A stretch of DNA of 64,000 nucleotides from Gemmatimonadales bacterium (GTDB lineage: Bacteria; Gemmatimonadota; Gemmatimonadetes; Gemmatimonadales; GWC2-71-9). Both the position numbers and the translations under genes were made by a program. The stretch lies in contig DATNOR010000076.1 in assembly GCA_035601235.1 (NCBI GenBank), forward strand, positions 29,275 to 93,274. The letters are read 5' to 3'. Shown here piece after piece: positions 25,238-34,685 of this stretch. The stretch's first letter is position 1. Each line of letters opens with the position of its first letter. The notes under the pieces are model-generated. The model did not search any database and was not told the DNA's origin. It saw only the letters and a program-made list of their open reading frames with translations.

Positions 25238-26517
25238 GACGCGTCCTCGGGCTGTGCCTCGCGTGCTGGACCTGCGGCGGCCGGGCAGACGGCGGCCCGG
25301 GCGCGCTGGGCCTCGCCGATCGAATCGACTCGGGGGCCGCCGAGCTTCAGGAGCGGCTGCTCACGCCCTATCTCGCCCGCCACCCCGGGCTCGAACTCGT
25401 GCGGCGGCCCGTCGTGGTCGCGGCGCGCGACGTGTACCGCCGCGAGCTGCTCACGGCGCTCGCCGGTGACGATCCGCCCGACGTGTTCCTGCTGGACGAC
25501 GAAGACGTGCCGCGGATCGTGGACCGGGGCGGTGCGCTCGATCTGGCTCCCTATCTCGGGCGGGTCGGCGTGGAGACTGCGCGCTACGACCAGATGCTCG
25601 TGGCGGTGTTCCGGCGCGGCGCCGGGCTCTACGGTCTGCCCCGTGGCTATACGCCCGTGGTCGTCGCCTACAACAAGGATCTGCTGGATCGTGCCGCGAT
25701 TCCCTATCCGACCGACGACTGGACGTGGGACGACTTTCTCCGTGTCGCGAAACAGCTCACGCGCGACACCGACGGCGATGGGTCGATCGATCAGTGGGGA
25801 AGCGCCTTCGACCCCCGGCTCGCGCTGTGGCTCCCGTGGATCTGGTCGGGTGGCGGCGACGTGTTGTGCGCCGATGGCCGTCGCGCCTCGGGGTGTCTCG
25901 ACTCGCGGGCCACGATCGAGGCCCTGCGCTGGTACGCCGGCTGGAGCACGAGCGCCGGGCTCGCGCCGCGGATCCACGACGCGCGTGACGCGCCGGGGGC
26001 CATCGCGCGCCTGTTCGCAAGCGGGCGCCTCGGACTCATGACGACGGGTCATTGGGCGATTCCGCGGCTGCGGGCGAGCGTGGCGGCGGGCCGGCTGCAC
26101 GTGGGATTCGTCGCGATCCCGCACCGTGCCGGCGTCGCGCCCGCCACCGTGCTCTACGTCTCGGGCTACGCCGTACCGGCACTGACGCCGCGGCGCAAAG
26201 CCGCGGTGGAGCTCGTGGCCGACCTGACCGATTCCGCCGCCGCGATGGCGCGGGCGGAGGCGGGCATGGAGCTGCCGGCGGTCGCGGCGGCGGCGCGGGC
26301 CGTGGCGGAGGCGGACACGCTCGGCTGGGACGCGGCGTTTCTGCGCGCGGCCGCGCACGGCCGGCCGTCCTGGGGCGCGCGGGTCGGGGCGTGGCGCGAC
26401 GTGGCGGATCGGCTCGCCGATCTCATGGACCGCATCGTGATCACGCGCGTCGACCCGGCGCGCGCCGCGGGCGTCACGGCGCGCGAGCTCGACCGTCTCC
26501 TGGGCGCTACGCGATGA
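25234..26517 (+). CDS. ABC transporter extracellular solute-binding lipoprotein (family 1, sugar type)
   Basis: ATG 25234 overlaps the malK-like stop (ATGA). Signal MRRVLGLCLACWTCGG. Contains PDVFLLDDEDV and YGLPRGYTPVVVAYNKDLL...DDWTWDDF. Confidence 0.8.
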   Translation: MRRVLGLCLACWTCGGRADGGPGALGLADRIDSGAAELQERLLTPYLARHPGLELVRRPVVVAARDVYRRELLTALAGDDPPDVFLLDDEDVPRIVDRGGALDLAPYLGRVGVETARYDQMLVAVFRRGAGLYGLPRGYTPVVVAYNKDLLDRAAIPYPTDDWTWDDFLRVAKQLTRDTDGDGSIDQWGSAFDPRLALWLPWIWSGGGDVLCADGRRASGCLDSRATIEALRWYAGWSTSAGLAPRIHDARDAPGAIARLFASGRLGLMTTGHWAIPRLRASVAAGRLHVGFVAIPHRAGVAPATVLYVSGYAVPALTPRRKAAVELVADLTDSAAAMARAEAGMELPAVAAAARAVAEADTLGWDAAFLRAAAHGRPSWGARVGAWRDVADRLADLMDRIVITRVDPARAAGVTARELDRLLGATR

Positions 26518-28337
26518 CGCCACGCGCACGCGCCCGCCGGGGCGCCGTCCTCGGCCTCGCGGCGGCCGCCCTGCTTCCGCCCGCTGCCGCGCATTGGACG
26601 CGCGCTCGCTGGCAGCGGGAGCTCGCCGCTCGCGACGCCAGCGCCGCGGCGGGGTACCTGGCGATCGTCACACCGATGGCCCGCGGCGGGGGCGGGTACG
26701 ACCTGCCGCAGCTCCTGATCCGGGCGCGCGCCCTGGCCGGGCTCCCGGGACTCGCCGTCGACTTCGAGATCTACGACCGCACCGCGCCCCTGGTGCACGC
26801 CACGGCACCGCCTCTCCAGCCCGCGGAGCTCGAGCGGCTGCGGCGGGAGGTCGCGGTGCGCTGGACCGGAGAGGCGATGCTCGCGCCGCTGCTCGATCGA
26901 GACGGCTGGGACGTCGTGGGTGCGGTCGCGGCCGAGCCGCGGGGAGGAGCCTGGCCCGTGTCCCCGTGGTCCCTCGCGGCGCTGGTCCTGCTGCTGGTGG
27001 CCGGGACGCAGGCGGTGCGGGCGATGGGCGCGGCAGGCGAGCCGTGGCGCCAGGTGCTCGGGCGCTACGCGGCGGCCGCCGGCCTGCTCGGGGCGGCGAT
27101 GTTCGCCGACGTGCGCCTGGCCGGAGGCGCCGCCACGGATGACTGGCTCTCGGACGCCCGGCTGCTCATGCAGGAGGCGATGGCCCGAGTGCCCGATACC
27201 CGCAGCGCGCCCGCCAGCCTCGCGCCCATTGCCCGAGGTGCCGAGGTGGTGCCCGCGGAGTCGCTCGGCGCGGGCGTCGTGCGGCGCGATGTCGCCGGCG
27301 TCGTGCGAGCCGTGGTCGCCGTGCGTCTCGGGCCCGGACGCTGGATCGAGCTGCGGGCCCGCCCCGTGGAGGCCGACACGGCGCCCTGGCTTGTGCTCCT
27401 GCTCGGCCTGGCTGCGCTCGGTCCGGTCGCGGCGCTGCTCGCCGGTTGGAGCCTCACCGCATCGCCGCGGCAGCGGCGCGAGACCGTGGCGGCCTGGGGG
27501 TTTCTGGCGCCGTCGGCGCTGCACCTCGTCGCGTTCACCGCCGGTCCGGTGCTGTTCGCCGTGTATCTATCCGTGCATCGGTTCAGCCCCGTCGAGCCCG
27601 CCCGACCCTTCATCGGACTCGCAGGCTACGCCCAGGCGCTCGCGAGCCCCCAGCTCTGGGCGGCGCTCGGGCGTACGCTGCTCTACGCCTGCTACGTGCC
27701 GGTCACCATGGGGCTCGCGCTCGCGCTCGCCCTGCTCGTGCGCGGCCGCTCGCGCGGTGCGAGGCTGCTGCGGGCGCTGTTCCTCCTGCCCGCCGTCTCG
27801 TCGGTGGTCGCGGTCGCCCTCGTGTGGCGGTGGATGTATCACCCGGACGCGGGGGTGATCAATCAGCTGCTCGCGCGCGTCGGAGTGAGACCGGTGGACT
27901 GGCTCGGCGACCCGGGCGTGGCGCTGCTCGCGGTGATGATCGTGTCGATCTGGACGCAGCTCGGGTATCAAATGGCCGTGTTCCATGCCGGGCTCGAGCG
28001 CATCCCGCGGGCGTACGTGGACGCCGCCCGGGTCGACGGCGCGAATGCGTGGCAGCGGTTCCGGCGCGTGACACTCCCGCTGCTCCGCCCGGTGATCCTG
28101 TTCGTGCTCGTGACGGGGGTGTTGGGCGCGTGCCAGGTGTTCCCGCTGGTCGTGGTTCTCACCGGGGGAGGCCCCATCGGCAGCACCGACGTCGTGGTGT
28201 ATCGCATCTACCGGACCGCGTGGCAGCAGCTCCAGTTCGGCGAGGCCAGCGTGCTGTCGCTGCTGCTCTTCGTGCTGTTGCTGGTGGCGACACGGACGCA
28301 GCTGAAACTGCTCGACCGGCGGGTCGAGTATGCGTAG
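26514..28337 (+). CDS. ABC transporter permease (MalF/UgpA type) with an N-terminal extension of about 320 aa and unknown function
   Basis: ATG 26514 overlaps the SBP stop (ATGA). The C-terminal half has AWGFLAPSALHLVAFTAGPVLF and the EAA loop DAARVDGANAWQRFRRVTLP. The N-terminal half has 2-3 TM helices and no motif I recognise. Confidence 0.8.
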   Translation: MTPRARARRGAVLGLAAAALLPPAAAHWTRARWQRELAARDASAAAGYLAIVTPMARGGGGYDLPQLLIRARALAGLPGLAVDFEIYDRTAPLVHATAPPLQPAELERLRREVAVRWTGEAMLAPLLDRDGWDVVGAVAAEPRGGAWPVSPWSLAALVLLLVAGTQAVRAMGAAGEPWRQVLGRYAAAAGLLGAAMFADVRLAGGAATDDWLSDARLLMQEAMARVPDTRSAPASLAPIARGAEVVPAESLGAGVVRRDVAGVVRAVVAVRLGPGRWIELRARPVEADTAPWLVLLLGLAALGPVAALLAGWSLTASPRQRRETVAAWGFLAPSALHLVAFTAGPVLFAVYLSVHRFSPVEPARPFIGLAGYAQALASPQLWAALGRTLLYACYVPVTMGLALALALLVRGRSRGARLLRALFLLPAVSSVVAVALVWRWMYHPDAGVINQLLARVGVRPVDWLGDPGVALLAVMIVSIWTQLGYQMAVFHAGLERIPRAYVDAARVDGANAWQRFRRVTLPLLRPVILFVLVTGVLGACQVFPLVVVLTGGGPIGSTDVVVYRIYRTAWQQLQFGEASVLSLLLFVLLLVATRTQLKLLDRRVEYA

Positions 28338-29118
28338 ACCGAGCGCGACCTACGCCGTCGGCCTGCCGATCGCGCTCCTCGTGCTCGCACCTTTCCTTTA
28401 TATGGTCGCGACGGCGCTGCTGGGAGAGGGCGACACGCTGCGCCGCGTGCATTGGGAGACGTTCCCTGCCGCGCTCGCCGCCGCGCCGTTCGGCCGGTTC
28501 TTCCTGAACAGCGCGATCTTCTCGGTCGCCGTGGCGCTCGGCCAGGTCCTCACCAGCACGACCGCCGCCTACGCCTTCGCGCGACTGCGATTTCCCGGAC
28601 GCGACCGCGTGTTCGTCGTCTATTTGTCGGCGCTCATGATCCCGGCCGTTCTACTGCTCGTCCCCCGGTTCCTGCTCATCAGTGCGCTCGGCTGGGTGGA
28701 CAGCTACGAGGGGTTGATCTCGACCGAGCTGGTTTCAGTGAGCGGGATCTTTTTCCTGCGGCAGTGCTTTCTCGCGATTCCACGCGATCTCGAAGACGCC
28801 GCGCGGCTCGAAGGCGCGGGGGAATGGACGGTCTTCCGGCGCATCGTACTGCCGCTGTCCGGGCCGGCGCTCGCAACGCTCGTCGTGCTGGCGCTCGCCG
28901 ACCAGTGGAAGAGCTTCTTCTGGCCCCTCGTCGCGACGTCCTCCCCCGACATGCAGGTGTTGGAGGTGGGGATCGCACACCTGCACGGCGCGTACGACCT
29001 GAACTGGCCCTATCAGATGGCGGCGGCGACCACGGCGGTGATCCCGATGGTCGTTCTGTATTTCGTCGCCCAGAAGTACTTCCTACGAGGTGTTGAGGCG
29101 CTCTCCTCACACTGTTGA
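28330..29118 (+). CDS. ABC transporter permease (MalG/UgpE type)
   Basis: ATG 28330 with an 8-nt overlap. EAA loop EDAARLEGAGEWTVFRRIVLPLSGPA. Confidence 0.9.
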   Translation: MRRPSATYAVGLPIALLVLAPFLYMVATALLGEGDTLRRVHWETFPAALAAAPFGRFFLNSAIFSVAVALGQVLTSTTAAYAFARLRFPGRDRVFVVYLSALMIPAVLLLVPRFLLISALGWVDSYEGLISTELVSVSGIFFLRQCFLAIPRDLEDAARLEGAGEWTVFRRIVLPLSGPALATLVVLALADQWKSFFWPLVATSSPDMQVLEVGIAHLHGAYDLNWPYQMAAATTAVIPMVVLYFVAQKYFLRGVEALSSHC

Positions 29119-29145
29119 CTGTTCTCCCCTGTGCGTCTCTCGCGT

Positions 29146-31917
29146 CTAGTCTTTGCCTTTCCTGGTCGTCGCCGATCGGAAGCTCAATTCCCACTTGATG
29201 TCCCGCCCGTCGCCTCCGGCGGCCCATTCGATCACGGCATGCCCCGTCTCCAACCTCCGGACCGTGCACGGCACGTCGGCTTTGCACGTCCCGGGCCGCA
29301 TCCCCTTCGGGACGGCGACGGTGACCGCGTATGCGCGACCGTCGAGGTTGGTCGACCTCGCGGCGAGCGTGCGTGCTGCGGCATCCCAGGTCTCTTCCGT
29401 GACGTCGATTGCCCCCTGCACGACATGCCGCGTCGTCCCGATCACCAGAGGTCGCGCCGCGGCGGGCCGCACCCCCAGTGTGAGCGCGCTGTGCGGCTCG
29501 AGCGTGACAGTGATCGCGTCTTTGAGATCGGCCAGCGGGGTATCGCGCCACACGTCATAGGCGGTGAACCGGGTGCCGGTGAGGCCCAGCGCGCTCAGGG
29601 GAATCGACGTGGGGAGCGGCTCGTCCTCCCAGTTCACGAGCACCACGGTCCACCAGCGCGGCAGGCCTTCGACCACCCAGGCACGCGGCGGCATGTCACG
29701 ACGCACGCTCCAGAGGCCACCACCCGCTCCCGCGGCGCTGAACACGCGTACGGCGAGCACGTTGTCGCCGCCCCAGTTCAGCGTCTCCGATGGGACGCGA
29801 TAGCGGCGGTACGCTTGTGCGGCGCCGCGCTCGGCGGGCGGGAAGTCGCCGGTCTGGCCGACCTTCACACCGTTGACGAACGCCTCGTCGGCGTCCGCGA
29901 TCTTGCCGAGCTCGAGATACAGCGACCGCCCGGGGGCGGCCGGCGGCAGCGAGAAACGCGTCCGATACCAGGCGACGCCGGTGTAATCCCGATGCCCCGC
30001 CTCGCTCCACCGCTGGGGCACGGGGATCGTCTCCCACGCCGCCTCGTCGAATTCCCGAGCGCGGTACGCGGCGTCGTCCCCCGTTCGGAAGCGCCAGGGC
30101 CCCTTGAGGGGAAATACGTCGCTACCGGCGACGATGGCCGGTGCGACGTCCCGCTCCACGGCCGCCGCGTCGATCGGGCGGCCCGCCACCGGGGCGACGG
30201 GCAGGGTGCGTTGCAGCAAGGGGAGCCGCTCGGGCGGGAGCTTCGGGAGGTTGTCCGAGAAGAGGGTGAGTCCGCCCGTCACCGCGACGAGCGAGGCCCA
30301 CACCTGCGCTTCGGCGGGTGTGAGGGGCGGCCGCACCACCAGGCAGTCCGGATCGTCGAGCCACGCCGAGCGCTGGTAGAAGCTGCGCAGCCCTGCGGCG
30401 CGCGCCGCGGGCTGGAGCCCACCCCAGCTGGCGGCCACGTCCGGGGCGATCCGCATGCCGTTCACGAGTCCCACGGCGTGCTGCAGCGGCGCGGCGCTCC
30501 CCACGACGAACGCTTCGGTGCCGAGTCCATCGCGAATCGCGCCCAGCCCGCCACGATACGCCTCCGCGTGCGTCAGGCCCCCGTAGTGGCCCGTCCCGAG
30601 CGTGGCCCAGCGGAGGGCGTCGATTCTGACGTAGTCGTAGCCCCAGTCGCGCACCACGCGGCGGGCCAGGTCGAACAGCCACTGCTGCACCTTGGGATGC
30701 GCCCCGTCGAGCGCGTAGATCGGACCGCCCCACGACTCGCGCGTGTCGCACACGACCGGGCCGGTGGCATCGCGCAACAGCCAGTCGGGGTGCTCGGCCG
30801 GAACCCCCGATCGCTCCGCGACCGCGAACGGCGCCAGCCACAGACCCGCCTTGAACCCCTTGGCGTGGATCTGATCGGTCAGCCAGGCGTGGCCGTGCGG
30901 GAACTTGTCGTTGGTATCCCACGCGCCGGCCGCCCGTTGATATCCGTCGTCGAGCTCGATGGAGCGGAAGAACCTGCGGTCGAAGCTGGCGGCGCAGAAT
31001 TCCGTGTTCGCCACCACGTCCGCTTCACTCACGCCCCCCGCCAGCTCCTGCCGCGAGCACCAGCCTGCGGGTGCCACCGCTTGCGCCAGCCGCTCCTGAT
31101 CGACCGGCGACGAAGGGACGAACAAGGCTCGGAGGGCGGTCAACCCGTCGCCTTGCGGGTCGAACGCCAACCGCATGCGCGAGGCGTCACCCTCGGGCCG
31201 GAGCGGTCGTGTCGGGAGCCACTGGCTTGCCGCCTCGAGCCCCTCCGGGCCCAGGTGGACGCGGGCCTCGCCGGGCTCGCCCGGATCGAAGGCGATCGCC
31301 AGGCCCCGACCCGCCCGGGCGAGCCCGAGCGCCCCGTGGCTGGCCAGGTCCGCCGCCTCCGGTGCCCCCACGGCCACGACGCGACACGGGTCGAGCGAGT
31401 GATAACCGTTCACCAGGGCGACCAGCGGGCCGGGCCCGCCCAGCACACCGGACTCGGGGAGCTGGAAGAAGCGTACCCCTTTGACGCTGGGCAGGAGGCG
31501 ATCGGGGAAAACCGTGACGGTGACCACGGCCTGGGGGGTCTCGGCGGCGCCCGCGGTGAGAAACTCCGCCTCCACCCAGACGCCGGCGGCTCGGCCGCGC
31601 ACCACCACGGCGTCGCCGCCCGGGGGTCGACGGCTTCCCACGGTGCTATCTTCCAAGTCGGCGAGGCCGATGGCGCGGTCGGCGAGCCAGGTCACGACGT
31701 CCGCGTCACGGATGAGCGGAACGGGAGCGCCGTCGCCGTAGTACCACAGGGACCAGCGACGGCGGTCGTCCAGCTCGAAGCGCAGCCGGCCGACCGCCCG
31801 TCCGCCCTTCCGCCCGTCCGTCCGGGGCGGACCGTCGGACAGGCGGTCGGGCGGACGGATGAGGGCCGCCGAACCGGCCCCGGTGAGGAGCACAAACGTG
31901 CGTCGGTCCATGCTCAC
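29146..31917 (-). CDS. Tat-exported alpha-galactosidase-like glycoside hydrolase (melibiase/GH36-like core plus a galactose-binding-like jelly-roll insert)
   Basis: Start is GTG 31917 or ATG 31911. Twin-arginine signal MDRRTFVLLTGAGSAAL. Core motifs SIELDDGYQ, DKFPHGHAWL, GFKAGLWLAPF, GYDYVRIDAL and DDPDCL. The insert YTGVAWYRTRFSLP is typical of GH2-type sugar-binding domains. Confidence 0.8.
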   Translation of the reverse strand: MSMDRRTFVLLTGAGSAALIRPPDRLSDGPPRTDGRKGGRAVGRLRFELDDRRRWSLWYYGDGAPVPLIRDADVVTWLADRAIGLADLEDSTVGSRRPPGGDAVVVRGRAAGVWVEAEFLTAGAAETPQAVVTVTVFPDRLLPSVKGVRFFQLPESGVLGGPGPLVALVNGYHSLDPCRVVAVGAPEAADLASHGALGLARAGRGLAIAFDPGEPGEARVHLGPEGLEAASQWLPTRPLRPEGDASRMRLAFDPQGDGLTALRALFVPSSPVDQERLAQAVAPAGWCSRQELAGGVSEADVVANTEFCAASFDRRFFRSIELDDGYQRAAGAWDTNDKFPHGHAWLTDQIHAKGFKAGLWLAPFAVAERSGVPAEHPDWLLRDATGPVVCDTRESWGGPIYALDGAHPKVQQWLFDLARRVVRDWGYDYVRIDALRWATLGTGHYGGLTHAEAYRGGLGAIRDGLGTEAFVVGSAAPLQHAVGLVNGMRIAPDVAASWGGLQPAARAAGLRSFYQRSAWLDDPDCLVVRPPLTPAEAQVWASLVAVTGGLTLFSDNLPKLPPERLPLLQRTLPVAPVAGRPIDAAAVERDVAPAIVAGSDVFPLKGPWRFRTGDDAAYRAREFDEAAWETIPVPQRWSEAGHRDYTGVAWYRTRFSLPPAAPGRSLYLELGKIADADEAFVNGVKVGQTGDFPPAERGAAQAYRRYRVPSETLNWGGDNVLAVRVFSAAGAGGGLWSVRRDMPPRAWVVEGLPRWWTVVLVNWEDEPLPTSIPLSALGLTGTRFTAYDVWRDTPLADLKDAITVTLEPHSALTLGVRPAAARPLVIGTTRHVVQGAIDVTEETWDAAARTLAARSTNLDGRAYAVTVAVPKGMRPGTCKADVPCTVRRLETGHAVIEWAAGGDGRDIKWELSFRSATTRKGKD

Positions 31918-32452
31918 AATGTTGGTAGCCCTGACGGGTTTGTCTACGCCGCTCGCGGCGCAGGAGACGTACGGCGGGATCTTGATGCTCGGTCTGGCCT
32001 ACACCGTCGGGAGCGGATGGCAGGTGCAGGGCTTCGATGTGGGCTACGGGCGCACGCTGCGCGCCGGACCATTCGCGGCGGTGTCGCTCGGCGCGCGGGT
32101 CGGCGAATTCATCGACCAGCGCGCGATCGTCGGCGGCTCGCAGGGGTTTGTCTTCGGCGCCACGCTCGCCGCCCGGACCCGCGCTCTGACCGTCGCCGAG
32201 TTCGGGTCGGACACGGCGCCAAGCCGCATGGGCGTCGACGTCACGATCGAGACGACGGGCTACGCCGGCGTGCACTCGCCGCTCGGGATCGGGTCTCCGT
32301 GGGGAGCGGGCTCCGCCCTCCTGGGCCTGCGAGTCGGCAATTTCGGGCTCGTGTTCGGCCCCACGGCATTTTTCGGCACCGCCACCCTGGTCCGGCCGTT
32401 CCTGGGCGTGCGCTTCGACGTGCCGCTGGCGCGGCGGGAGCGGCATCCCTAG
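31898..32452 (+). CDS. Hypothetical secreted Gly-rich protein (possibly a small beta-barrel/outer-membrane protein)
   Basis: GTG 31898 behind GAGGAG gives the signal MRRSMLTMLVALTGLSTPLAAQ (track start 31859; alternative ATG 31910). Codons are GC3-rich. Its 5' end overlaps the divergent alpha-galactosidase start. Confidence 0.55.
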   Translation: MRRSMLTMLVALTGLSTPLAAQETYGGILMLGLAYTVGSGWQVQGFDVGYGRTLRAGPFAAVSLGARVGEFIDQRAIVGGSQGFVFGATLAARTRALTVAEFGSDTAPSRMGVDVTIETTGYAGVHSPLGIGSPWGAGSALLGLRVGNFGLVFGPTAFFGTATLVRPFLGVRFDVPLARRERHP

Positions 32453-32462
32453 CTTAGCGCCG

Positions 32463-34019
32463 ATGGCCGTCCCCTCCCTCGATACCGAGCACCCCGGTAT
32501 CCGGGTCATCGCGGAAGTAGCGTCGGTGCTGCAGGCGGGCCTTGCGTCCGGCGAGGCCCTGCACGGCGTGGTGAGCGCGCTGCGACGCGGTCTCAACCTG
32601 CGTCGCTGCCGCCTCTGGCTCCGCACCCCCGACGGCACTCGCTACGCACCCGTGACCACCTCGGGCGACGAGGCGGATGTGCCGGGCTACCTGCCCCCGG
32701 TGGCGGAGTGGGTGCGACAGGGGCCGCAGCGCGAGAATGTTCCGGGCGGCGCGGTGATCCGGCTGCCGCTGATTCACGACGACGAGCCGCTCGGGGCGCT
32801 CGAGGTCGTCGTCCCCACCGGTCGCTACGAAGGGATCGCGCACGACGTGGTGGTCGTGGTGGCACGCATCCTCGCCCCCATGATCGCCGCGACGGAGCTG
32901 TCGCAGGACCTCGCGTCCGAGGTGGCGCTGCGCACCCATGAGATGGAGGCGCAGCGGAGCTTCGCCGCTCAGATCATCGATTCCCTCCCCGTGGGCCTGT
33001 ACGTGATCGATCGCACCTACCGGATCCGCGCCTGGAACCGGAAACGCGAGACTGGGATGCAGGGTGTGTCGCGCGAGGACGCCGTGGGGCGCGAGATCTT
33101 CGACGTGCTCGACCGCCAGCCACGCGACCTCCTGAAGCGGGAGTTCGACCGCGTGTTCGACACCGGCGAGCTGCAACAGGTCGAGATGGAATCGCAGGCG
33201 ACCGGCGAAGCGCGTCACTACCGGATCACCAAGATCCCGATGCATCAGGACGGGGGCGCCATCTCGCATGTCATCACCATCGGCGAGGACATCACCGAGT
33301 GGCGCCAGGCGCAGCAGCGGCTCACCGAGACGGAGAAGCTCGCCGCGGTGGGCCAGCTCGCGGCCGGCGTGATGCACGAGATCAACAACCCGTTGGCGAC
33401 GATCCTCGCCTGCAGCGAGGCGCTGGCGCTCCGCACCGCGGACCTGGCGCCGCCCGACCGCCACGGCTACGACGAGTATCTGAAGATCATCGACACCGAA
33501 GTGCAGCGCTGCCGACGCATCGTGGAGAGCCTGCTGGACTTTTCGCGGCCCAAGCGCGGCGACATGAAGCTGACGGACGTGAACGGCGTGGTGGAGCGCA
33601 CGCTGTTCCTGCTCAAGCACCACGCGCGGTTCAAGCGGTTGAACGTGGCGCGCGAGCTGGCGACCGGTCTGCCGACGGTGCTCGCCGACCACGAGCGGCT
33701 GATCCAGAGCTTCATGGCGCTGATGCTCAACGCCATGGACGCGATGGACTCGCGCGGCACGCTCACCGTGCGGAGCCGCATCAACCCGGACCGTAGGGAC
33801 GAGATCCTGCTGGAGTTCATCGACACGGGCACCGGTATCAAGCGGGAGGATCTGCCCAAGATCTTCGAGCCGTTTTTTACGACCAAACCCCAGGGTCGGG
33901 GCACCGGCCTGGGTCTCTCCATCTGCTACGGCATCATCGCCGAGCACCGGGGGCGGATCGACGTCGAATCGCAGGTCGGCGTCGGCTCGAACTTCAGGGT
34001 ATATCTCCCCATCGGTTGA
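32463..34019 (+). CDS. Soluble GAF-PAS sensor histidine kinase
   Basis: No TM segment. The N-terminus looks GAF-like. The PAS region is IIDSLPVGLYVIDRTYRIRAWN. H-box GVMHEINNPL. HATPase N/G boxes are NAMDAM and DTGTGI...GTGLGLS. Confidence 0.85.
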   Translation: MAVPSLDTEHPGIRVIAEVASVLQAGLASGEALHGVVSALRRGLNLRRCRLWLRTPDGTRYAPVTTSGDEADVPGYLPPVAEWVRQGPQRENVPGGAVIRLPLIHDDEPLGALEVVVPTGRYEGIAHDVVVVVARILAPMIAATELSQDLASEVALRTHEMEAQRSFAAQIIDSLPVGLYVIDRTYRIRAWNRKRETGMQGVSREDAVGREIFDVLDRQPRDLLKREFDRVFDTGELQQVEMESQATGEARHYRITKIPMHQDGGAISHVITIGEDITEWRQAQQRLTETEKLAAVGQLAAGVMHEINNPLATILACSEALALRTADLAPPDRHGYDEYLKIIDTEVQRCRRIVESLLDFSRPKRGDMKLTDVNGVVERTLFLLKHHARFKRLNVARELATGLPTVLADHERLIQSFMALMLNAMDAMDSRGTLTVRSRINPDRRDEILLEFIDTGTGIKREDLPKIFEPFFTTKPQGRGTGLGLSICYGIIAEHRGRIDVESQVGVGSNFRVYLPIG

Positions 34020-34684
34020 AGATTCTCGTCGTCGAGGACGACAAGACGGTCGGGCAGTACGTCAAGCGCGGCCTGACCGAGGCCGGGTTCCACGCGGATC
34101 TGGTAGGCGACGGCGCCGAGGGGCTCCGCCTCTCGGGGGGCGGGCACTACGACATGCTGGTGCTGGATCTCCGCCTGCCCGCGCTGTCGGGGCTCGAGGT
34201 GCTGCGCACGCTGCGGGATCGGGGCGAGGGGATGCCGGTGCTGGTGCTCACCGCGCAGGACGCGGTGGACTTCAAGGTCCAGGCGCTCAAGATGGGCGCC
34301 GATGACTACGTGACGAAGCCGTTCTCCCTGGAAGAGCTGCTCGCCCGGGTGGAAGCGCTGGGCCGGCGTCCCAAGGCCATCGCGCCGCCGGTGCTCCGGG
34401 TCGCCGACCTGACGCTCGACACCGGGAGCCGCGAGGTGCGGCGCGGCGGCAGGCCCATCGAGCTCACCCCCAAGGAGTACGCGGTGCTCGAGTACCTGAT
34501 GCGCCACCACGGACGGGTCATGTCGCGGACCCTCATCACGGAGTATGCCTGGGACTATCACTTCGATCCCGGTACCAACATCGTGGACGTCGTGATCACG
34601 CGGCTGCGCAAGAAGATCGACCATGCGCGCGAGCCGAAGCTGATTCACACGGTGCGCGGGGTGGGCTACGTCGTGAAGGCCTGA
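34016..34684 (+). CDS. OmpR/CusR-family response regulator
   Basis: TTG 34016 overlaps the kinase stop (TTGA). Receiver domain MKILVVEDD...MLVLDLRLP...TKPF. Winged-helix domain LTPKEYAVLEYL...IHTVRGVGY. Confidence 0.9.
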   Translation: MKILVVEDDKTVGQYVKRGLTEAGFHADLVGDGAEGLRLSGGGHYDMLVLDLRLPALSGLEVLRTLRDRGEGMPVLVLTAQDAVDFKVQALKMGADDYVTKPFSLEELLARVEALGRRPKAIAPPVLRVADLTLDTGSREVRRGGRPIELTPKEYAVLEYLMRHHGRVMSRTLITEYAWDYHFDPGTNIVDVVITRLRKKIDHAREPKLIHTVRGVGYVVKA

Positions 34685-34685
34685 G

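Noticed and set aside
29131-32457. 1108-aa ORF on the plus strand
   Set aside because: It lies antisense to the alpha-galactosidase gene, which has a Tat signal and glycosidase motifs. Its product is Arg/Gly/Pro-rich with no recognisable domain, so it is a high-GC artefact.
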